Part shown: positions 57,972 through 64,000 of the stretch, one piece after another
Numbering within the stretch: the stretch's first letter is position 1
Layout of the letters: every line of letters starts with the position of its first letter
Assembly: GCA_903870365.1 (NCBI GenBank)
Contig: CAIQCQ010000034.1
Location: 2,665-66,664, forward strand
DNA from: an uncultured bacterium
GTDB taxonomy: Bacteria > Patescibacteriota > Minisyncoccia > Phycocordibacterales > DATDWN01
DNA: 64,000 bases
Direction of reading: 5' to 3'
Position numbers and translations under genes: made by a program
The notes under the pieces: generated by a model
Told to the model about the DNA's origin: nothing
The model's input: the letters and a program-made list of their open reading frames with translations, nothing else
The model's database searches: none

Positions 57972-58742
57972 TCAATCAGACCAGCCTAAACGCTCGTTAT
58001 TTTTAGGACGAAACATTTTGAACTTTATTCGGTATTCAACTTCTTTAGATATAAATACGGGATCGCCACCACCATATAAAGAAATCTTTGGCTTTCCATT
58101 TTTCTCATAAAAATCTTTATCGTGTTTCTCTATATCAAAAATAGTAGCTTCATATGCAAGTCGATGCTCGTATGAGAAACCTCTGTCTTTCAATTCTTTC
58201 TCGATATGATCAGGCCACTTGATAATGAGGTTATCTTCAGAGTCATCGAAACGTAGACCGAGTTCAACAAGAAACTGTACGATGCTATTCAGAGGAAAGA
58301 TCACGAGCCAATCTTCTTTCTTTCCAATCGTATCAAGTCCACCGATATATTGATCAAAACAATTATTACGGATGCTGTCTTCGGTAATAGCGACTGCATA
58401 TTTATTCTCTAGGACTCTATCAACAGTAGGTCCCATTTTAGAGCCAAACATATAACCACAGTGCATAAACTCGTCTGTTGGAAAAGTTCGTTCTATGTCT
58501 CCCGATGCTATCCTTTGAAAACGACTAGTTAGACCACTTGCTGAGTCATAATATTCAGTGAACTCGTAATATGTTCCGTATATTCCATGTCTGCCGTTTT
58601 TCTCATATTCTGCGAACATTTCTTTCAACTCCTGTGAAATTTCTGACCCAGCAATTTTCTCAGCCAATCTTTTCCAGTCGACAAACGGCGTAACATCTAA
58701 TTTGTATCCGAATTGTTTTGGGAAGATTTGTTTTCCGAACAT
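57972..58742 (-). CDS. hypothetical protein (island cargo)
   Basis: 256-aa ORF, no recognised motifs. Confidence 0.5.
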   Translation of the reverse strand: MFGKQIFPKQFGYKLDVTPFVDWKRLAEKIAGSEISQELKEMFAEYEKNGRHGIYGTYYEFTEYYDSASGLTSRFQRIASGDIERTFPTDEFMHCGYMFGSKMGPTVDRVLENKYAVAITEDSIRNNCFDQYIGGLDTIGKKEDWLVIFPLNSIVQFLVELGLRFDDSEDNLIIKWPDHIEKELKDRGFSYEHRLAYEATIFDIEKHDKDFYEKNGKPKISLYGGGDPVFISKEVEYRIKFKMFRPKNNERLGWSD

Positions 58743-58772
58743 AGTATTTTTATATAAAGATATTATAGCTTT

Positions 58773-59132
58773 TTATGCACCTATTCGTCCAAACCTTGCA
58801 TCATTGATCATTTGTTCCCACGATGAGAAATAACTTGATAATCGAGATAGATTTCCAAGAGCACCCCAAGCCATAACGGAAAAATGCTCAATTTTTACTT
58901 TCTGTTCCTTACCGTTTTCTTGGTAAAGAACATACAAATGATCTACACCAGCGCCAACGCCCTTTTGACTATTCACACTTTGAATACTTTTGACTGGTAT
59001 AGTAAACATTTTCTTACCACCTTTTGTCTCAAAATATAGATCCATCTTTGTGAGCACAAGTGCACCAGACTTTGTATTGAATAAACCACCTTTGAACTTT
59101 AGTTTATCTTCTTTCTTTATAATTTGTTCCAT
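58773..59132 (-). CDS. hypothetical protein, PH/GRAM-like (bPH-like)
   Basis: GALVLTKMDLYFETKGGKKMFTIPVKSI pattern. Confidence 0.35.
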   Translation of the reverse strand: MEQIIKKEDKLKFKGGLFNTKSGALVLTKMDLYFETKGGKKMFTIPVKSIQSVNSQKGVGAGVDHLYVLYQENGKEQKVKIEHFSVMAWGALGNLSRLSSYFSSWEQMINDARFGRIGA

Positions 59133-59367
59133 GTGTTTTCAGTTATCTAGTAAGCCACATGGAAACTTTTTGATACAAAAAGCCCACCACATGGGTGAGG
59201 GCCGAAGCCCTCCATACCAGTTTCCCGATATGACCTGTAACAGCACCCCATATGATGGGTTTTTTATCTGTTACAGGATTTTTCACCATGCCAGTGATTG
59301 CTCAGTGGTTTAGGCTACTTTTGCTTATTCAGTTGTATACTTCTATCATATCACTTTTCCAATAAAA

Positions 59368-60663
59368 TTAAACTGTTTTAAGAATACTAATAATTTTAAT
59401 GTTATTCTCTAGGACATCTTTAACTTCAGAAGCTACTGGCTCTTTGCCTTTATGGATAATTTCATTTCTAACCAAATCGTAAGATTTTAACCATTTATCC
59501 CATAAACCCTTATCTTTTTCAGCAATAGTAAAACCAATCGCTTCTTTCAATACATCTTTCAGACGGTCTTTAGTCCTCCAATTTTTATCTAGATAATCAA
59601 TTGCATCTTTTTCACTCAATCCTTTATTTTTTTTAAGTTGCTCAATCAAAAAGTTTTCAACAAAAATCTCTAGAGATTGGAAAGATTGCATAACCGCCAA
59701 AGGGTAGTTGCGTATGTTGAATGAGTTTTGCGCATCAAGTAACAAAAGATTGTAGAGATCGGGAGTTTCCCCAGTTTCAAGCATTCTTTCCATTTCTTCT
59801 ATTTCCTTTTTGGACCTATTCATAACCGCTGCTTCTGTATTTACAGGAGAAAAAACCAACCCCTCATTTAAGTCAATAAAATAAACCATGTTTAAAGTTA
59901 CTTCCCCCAATCTCGTAAGATGCTCTTGTTTTGTTACAAATCTATAAGTATCTATGAGATTATTTACGATTTTAAAACAGATTTCTTTTACTTTTTCTTC
60001 TATGAGAGTTCGTGCAGACTCCTCTTCAAGTTCTTCTTTCTTAACTGAAAGATCAAACTGAACATACAGACGAGTAAAACGAAATCGACCATTACGATCC
60101 TTCATCCTCTGAACATTAAACCCAGTGTAATTATGTTCCCACCCCTCAGTAGAGTCCAAAGGTATTTTAGGTCCTACGATGACGTACTTTTGAAAATACA
60201 AAACCTTATCTTCAGCGAAAAAATCTGTTGGATTAGAGACTTCTGTATCAGTTTGTGCTTTCTTTGTCCAAATCTTTGTAGGAATTATTAAAGCTTTTTC
60301 TCCAGTTTCTTTTGAAAATAAGACTTCAATTTCATAGTCATTAGGTATATCAATACAATAAGGGATGTGTAACTCTGCCAAAACATTTCCGTAATCAAAA
60401 TCTTTTAGAAAATCTGAGTCAACATACTTGAACGAAGTTCCTAATTTATAAATACCGCTTACAGGAGTAGGAGAAACATTTTTAAGGTCTACCATTAAAG
60501 CACTCTTTTGTTGTTCTTCTGTCATACTTAAAAATCTCTCCTTATCGACTAAAGAGTTTAATTTAAGAGTCTCCACTCTGTCTTGTATGGAAACTGTCGC
60601 ATCAATAAAGACGGACATCTTTTTTCTTCGTACTGGATCAGACATGACTTTTCCAAGCAACAA
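59368..60663 (-). CDS. hypothetical protein with a C-terminal HEPN-like domain (RNxxxH)
   Basis: LVRNEIIHKG gives the R-N-x3-H motif within the last ~40 residues of a helical C-terminal region; N-terminal 300 aa unknown. Confidence 0.5.
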   Translation of the reverse strand: MLLGKVMSDPVRRKKMSVFIDATVSIQDRVETLKLNSLVDKERFLSMTEEQQKSALMVDLKNVSPTPVSGIYKLGTSFKYVDSDFLKDFDYGNVLAELHIPYCIDIPNDYEIEVLFSKETGEKALIIPTKIWTKKAQTDTEVSNPTDFFAEDKVLYFQKYVIVGPKIPLDSTEGWEHNYTGFNVQRMKDRNGRFRFTRLYVQFDLSVKKEELEEESARTLIEEKVKEICFKIVNNLIDTYRFVTKQEHLTRLGEVTLNMVYFIDLNEGLVFSPVNTEAAVMNRSKKEIEEMERMLETGETPDLYNLLLLDAQNSFNIRNYPLAVMQSFQSLEIFVENFLIEQLKKNKGLSEKDAIDYLDKNWRTKDRLKDVLKEAIGFTIAEKDKGLWDKWLKSYDLVRNEIIHKGKEPVASEVKDVLENNIKIISILKTV

Positions 60664-60982
60664 TTATCTGTATTATTCCGACTACCACTAACGCAGCAGT
60701 TAGCCATTGCATTGCTGTAGCATGACGATCATTACTTTTAGCTAGAGTCTCATTTGATTTAATCAATTTGTCTGTTGTTTCGTGAAGTGCAACTCGATTT
60801 TCTTTTGTTGACTCGGCTACCTGCAACTGAAGTAATTGCAATGACTCCGCTACATTCAAAGAAGCAAGTGCAGTTGCATACCCAGTATGTGCATCCATTT
60901 GAGCACCTAAACCCAAGCCATTTAATTGGGAAAGTTTTTGTTCAACTTGGTCATTTCTAGTTTTGTTTGGTAATTTGTCCAT
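60638..60982 (-). CDS. small coiled-coil protein with a C-terminal TM anchor
   Basis: 114 aa; overlaps the next ORF by 26 nt (translational coupling). Confidence 0.45.
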   Translation of the reverse strand: MDKLPNKTRNDQVEQKLSQLNGLGLGAQMDAHTGYATALASLNVAESLQLLQLQVAESTKENRVALHETTDKLIKSNETLAKSNDRHATAMQWLTAALVVVGIIQIIVAWKSHV

Positions 60983-61084
60983 ATACCCAGTATGATACTC
61001 TCTTCAAAATAAAATGTCATATTCGTGGTATTTACCGTAAAATTATAGTAAACTGTGTTGTAATTAACATTAACAACAATTATC

Positions 61085-62494
61085 ATGTCGAACTCAGAGG
61101 CTACTATTATCAATGACGATCAGGATCTCATTGATGCAGGTTACAAACCACAACTAAAGCGAAAAATTGGTTTCTTTGCTTCCTTCGCAGCCTCATTCTC
61201 CATTATGTCAGTACTCATGGGAGTATTTACAAACTATGGGTATGTACTTGGTAAAGCGGGGCCGTTTGGTTTGTGGACATGGTTTATTGTTGGCTTTGGG
61301 CAGCTCATGGTAGCACTTGTTTTTGCTGAGATGGCAGGGCGTATTCCACTCACAGGAGCTTTGTATAACTGGAATGATAAACTAGGTCATCCTGCGATCA
61401 GTTCTCTTGTCGCTTGGCTCTCAATTTTTGCATACGCCATTGGAGCAGCAGGCATCATTGTCATTATGATGGCACCGCTTCAATCACTCATTGGACACAG
61501 TTTAAGTATGGGTACAATTCAAATAGTTGGACTAGCGATTATTGCTGTTCAAATGTTTATTAGCATTTACGGTATTCGTTTAGCTGCTTCAATAAACAAG
61601 TTTGCTGTTGTTGCTGAGATACTTGCTCTTATTGTTTTCGGTGGATTACTTCTTTTTGTAGTTGCAGCAAAAGGCCAGATCAATACTTCTTACCTAACAA
61701 CAATTCCTAGTACTCCAGTTCCATATTGGCCAGCTTTCCTTATTTCAATTCTTTTGGGAGCTTGGACAATTTTTGGTTTTGAGGCACCATCTGATCTTTC
61801 TGAAGAAACTCTAAATGTGAAACGTATAGTGCCGAAAAGTATTATCTCAGGCATTATCACTTCTATTGTTCTCGGTGCTTTCTTTATTGGAGTAGTAACA
61901 ATTGCCATTCCTAATCTTGCAACAGTTACTGCATCTGCTGATCCTATTTCTACAATCTTCGCTACTCATTTAGGTCAAGGGTTAACAAATGTAATGCTTC
62001 TCATGGTTCTTATTGCGATGTTTGCTACCGCACTTCTCAATCTCACAGTTGCAACTCGTGTTTTGTTTGCAATTTCTCGTGATGAAAAGTTTGTCGGACA
62101 TTCATTGCTCAAAAAAGTTTCTTCTCATGGTATCCCTGTCTATTCTGTCATTGCAATCATTGCAGTTGAAGTCATCACATTCTTAACCATGTACGGACTA
62201 TCAGCAATTTATGCTTCTGCTATTGTTTTACTTGGATTGGCTTACTTGATCACAGTAGTTAATTTTGTGTTGAACATTAAAAAATTACCACCTACAACAA
62301 ACTTTTCATTGGGCAAGTGGCACTGGCCAGTAGTAATAATCTCAATAGTTTGGTTGGTTCTTTTGCTTATTGTTCTCACAATACCGCAAGAGTTCCATCT
62401 AGCAGCAGAGATTGGTGCAGGAGTTGTTATTCTGGGATTTGTACAGTATTTTCTTCAGCGAGCTTCTAAAGGTAAAGTTGTAGCGATTTCCTAA
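61085..62494 (+). CDS. amino acid permease (APC superfamily)
   Basis: 469 aa, 12 TM, APC-type N-terminus. Confidence 0.8.
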   Translation: MSNSEATIINDDQDLIDAGYKPQLKRKIGFFASFAASFSIMSVLMGVFTNYGYVLGKAGPFGLWTWFIVGFGQLMVALVFAEMAGRIPLTGALYNWNDKLGHPAISSLVAWLSIFAYAIGAAGIIVIMMAPLQSLIGHSLSMGTIQIVGLAIIAVQMFISIYGIRLAASINKFAVVAEILALIVFGGLLLFVVAAKGQINTSYLTTIPSTPVPYWPAFLISILLGAWTIFGFEAPSDLSEETLNVKRIVPKSIISGIITSIVLGAFFIGVVTIAIPNLATVTASADPISTIFATHLGQGLTNVMLLMVLIAMFATALLNLTVATRVLFAISRDEKFVGHSLLKKVSSHGIPVYSVIAIIAVEVITFLTMYGLSAIYASAIVLLGLAYLITVVNFVLNIKKLPPTTNFSLGKWHWPVVIISIVWLVLLLIVLTIPQEFHLAAEIGAGVVILGFVQYFLQRASKGKVVAIS

Positions 62495-62958
62495 GTTGTG
62501 GCCGTCTCTTTTGAAGTCATGATCACCTTAGCTGTCGTGAAGGTTCTTCCTTTAACCCTCTTACCTTTTGGACTCCATCCTGCAACTACTTGAAGCCACA
62601 GAGCTACACTTCCTGGATCACCAGTTTGTATAGCTCTCCTGTACAAAGAAAACAAAACATTTTTAGTCAGATTGTGTCCCCACCGAGATATTTCACTTAA
62701 AGACTCATTCTGTTTGATCAGATTATTCCAGTTGGTCAGTGTAGACATTTCAACTCCATACTTTTGAGAAAACTCAGTCTGAGTACGGATTTTGAGTAAC
62801 TCACCATACTGAGCATCTTCGTCGGTAAGTTGCTGTGCTACCCTTTCAGCAATTTGACGCTTCAAAAGCACGGGAATAGTTCTCCATGTTTTATATACTT
62901 CAAACACATCTCTCCTATAGGGTTGTGCTGTATTTTTGGTATTTTTTGGTATTTCCAC
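62491..62958 (-). CDS. hypothetical HTH-containing protein
   Basis: 155 aa; FSQKYGVEMSTLTNW HTH-like. Confidence 0.35.
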   Translation of the reverse strand: MEIPKNTKNTAQPYRRDVFEVYKTWRTIPVLLKRQIAERVAQQLTDEDAQYGELLKIRTQTEFSQKYGVEMSTLTNWNNLIKQNESLSEISRWGHNLTKNVLFSLYRRAIQTGDPGSVALWLQVVAGWSPKGKRVKGRTFTTAKVIMTSKETATT

Positions 62959-63027
62959 AATACCTTAATTTTACCAAATCTCGTCAAAGAAGACAGGGAT
63001 CAGGTACAGAGTTCAAGATAAATACTC

Positions 63028-63243
63028 TTATTGTTTTGGAGGAGGATTTTGACCCAAAGTAATGATTTCTCCTGTCGGAGCGACTACTTGCTGAGGACCA
63101 GATGCTTGGGGCGGCTGAGGGTTACTGACGGGTGCAGGATTTGCTTGTGGAGCAGGAGGTGTCGGAGGAGTTGGAGGTAATACTTCGATCACATCGGTCA
63201 AATTATCTTTGTTTGTAGGTCTAAATGGGCTATTCATAAGCAT
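63028..63243 (-). CDS. hypothetical Pro-rich small protein
   Basis: 71 aa, PPTPPTPPAPQANPAP. Confidence 0.3.
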   Translation of the reverse strand: MLMNSPFRPTNKDNLTDVIEVLPPTPPTPPAPQANPAPVSNPQPPQASGPQQVVAPTGEIITLGQNPPPKQ

Positions 63244-63396
63244 ATTATATCAAATCAGAATGTTACATACAATGCAGATTTCTCTCTTTCTTTAGCCATA
63301 AACTTTCTAATATCATCATTCCACTGCTCTATAGTTTCTATGTTAGTATTTATGATATCGAAAAGTTCAAGCGTAGCATTTAAATGCCCACAAATC

Positions 63397-63420
63397 AAAA
63401 AACCGCGAAAGCGGTTTTTT
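63397..63420. terminator. bidirectional terminator
   Basis: AAAAAACCGC-gaaa-GCGGTTTTTT. Confidence 0.7.
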
Positions 63421-63445
63421 GTTTGGTGCGAGAACAAAACAAAGC

Positions 63446-63516
63446 TTTGTGTGGGAGACTTGAACAGATTGTCGGTCTACGCTCGTACCAACAAGTGTCG
63501 ACAATCTGGCGACTAG
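63446..63516 (+). repeat. Repeat-D copy
   Basis: GAACAGATTGTCGGTCTACGCTC...TGTCGACAATCTGG; same preceding-hairpin architecture as the 55031 copy. Confidence 0.8.
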
Positions 63517-63584
63517 AATTTTTTAATTTGACGAAATTAAAAAATTCGGTGGCTAGTCCCCCTCACCCCCACCCCCCACACCCA

Positions 63585-63956
63585 CTACACAAAAAGCAAC
63601 AACAAACCAAGCACGAGGACGATCACGCCACCCCATACAAAGACACTCCCTTTATTCATCTTTTTATAATATGCAACACTAGCCCGTGGAAAGATGAGAA
63701 TACACGCGCCCTTGATCAAAACAAGCCACCCTACGATAGTGACAAAAAGTGGTAGTCCAGACGTCCACATATTGTTAACCACCACGAGGACTGCTCCGAG
63801 CATGACGGCAATCAATCCAGATATCCACAAAATCCCCTGGTCTTGCACCATCTCCTCCACCACACGTGTAGTCCATTTTTTATTACAAAGCATTGATATG
63901 CCTAATATACTAAAACTGATTCCTAATATATGAGCGACAAGAATAGATGTATCCAT
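63585..63956 (-). CDS. hypothetical 4-TM membrane protein
   Basis: 123-aa ORF. Confidence 0.4.
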   Translation of the reverse strand: MDTSILVAHILGISFSILGISMLCNKKWTTRVVEEMVQDQGILWISGLIAVMLGAVLVVVNNMWTSGLPLFVTIVGWLVLIKGACILIFPRASVAYYKKMNKGSVFVWGGVIVLVLGLLLLFV

Positions 63957-64000
63957 GTATATATGATTATGTTAATAACAAATTTCTTATATACATACTA

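Overview
The window is a gene-dense, AT-rich (~40% GC) bacterial chromosome segment. The gene complement and protein sizes look like a Candidate Phyla Radiation / Patescibacteria-type genome: a short 501-aa IF-2, a four-helix-bundle protein, a LAGLIDADG endonuclease and many small membrane proteins. Translation appears to use code 11. Most genes are housekeeping: tgt, xseAB, msrAB, an ECF sigma/anti-sigma pair, a HlyD–MacB-type efflux module, apbE with a flavinylation substrate, dnaX, dus, serS, dprA, topA, parB, miaA, a Mur ligase, clpB, a cysteine desulfurase, infB and rbfA. I identified eight tRNA genes by eye.

The non-coding space is unusually rich in structure. The main items are:
1. A 98-nt MITE-like element with perfect 15-bp terminal inverted repeats, inserted exactly at the start codons of five unrelated genes, each copy flanked by an ATGN direct repeat.
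2. A palindromic element found downstream of tRNA genes (Repeat-D), whose stem shows compensatory base changes between copies.
3. A ~150-nt structured repeat present twice in opposite orientations (Repeat-B), with two covarying base pairs in one stem.
4. A pair of 213-bp inverted repeats at 95% identity, 24 kb apart, bracketing core genes (Repeat-E).
5. A REP/BIME-like family of about ten copies, CTGGATTCC-hairpin-GGAATGAC, whose central hairpin ATTCCCG..CGGGAAT resembles the Neisseria dRS3 repeat.
6. An ORF-free, GC-rich stretch of ~1.2 kb between dnaX and dus that probably encodes one or more structured RNAs.

The 3' end of the window (about 54.8–63.5 kb) looks like a tRNA-associated integrative island. 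It contains a tRNA cluster with a 26-bp direct repeat of the tRNA-Leu 3' end, a free-standing LAGLIDADG endonuclease whose ORF runs into tRNA-Leu(TAG), and a large serine recombinase. Its cargo is a four-gene module with no recognisable function. One of those genes encodes a 431-aa protein with a C-terminal RNxxxH motif, a HEPN-type RNase signature. I consider this module the best candidate for an undescribed defence or abortive-infection system in the window.

All calls are based on reading the sequence and the ORF translations. No database searches were run.
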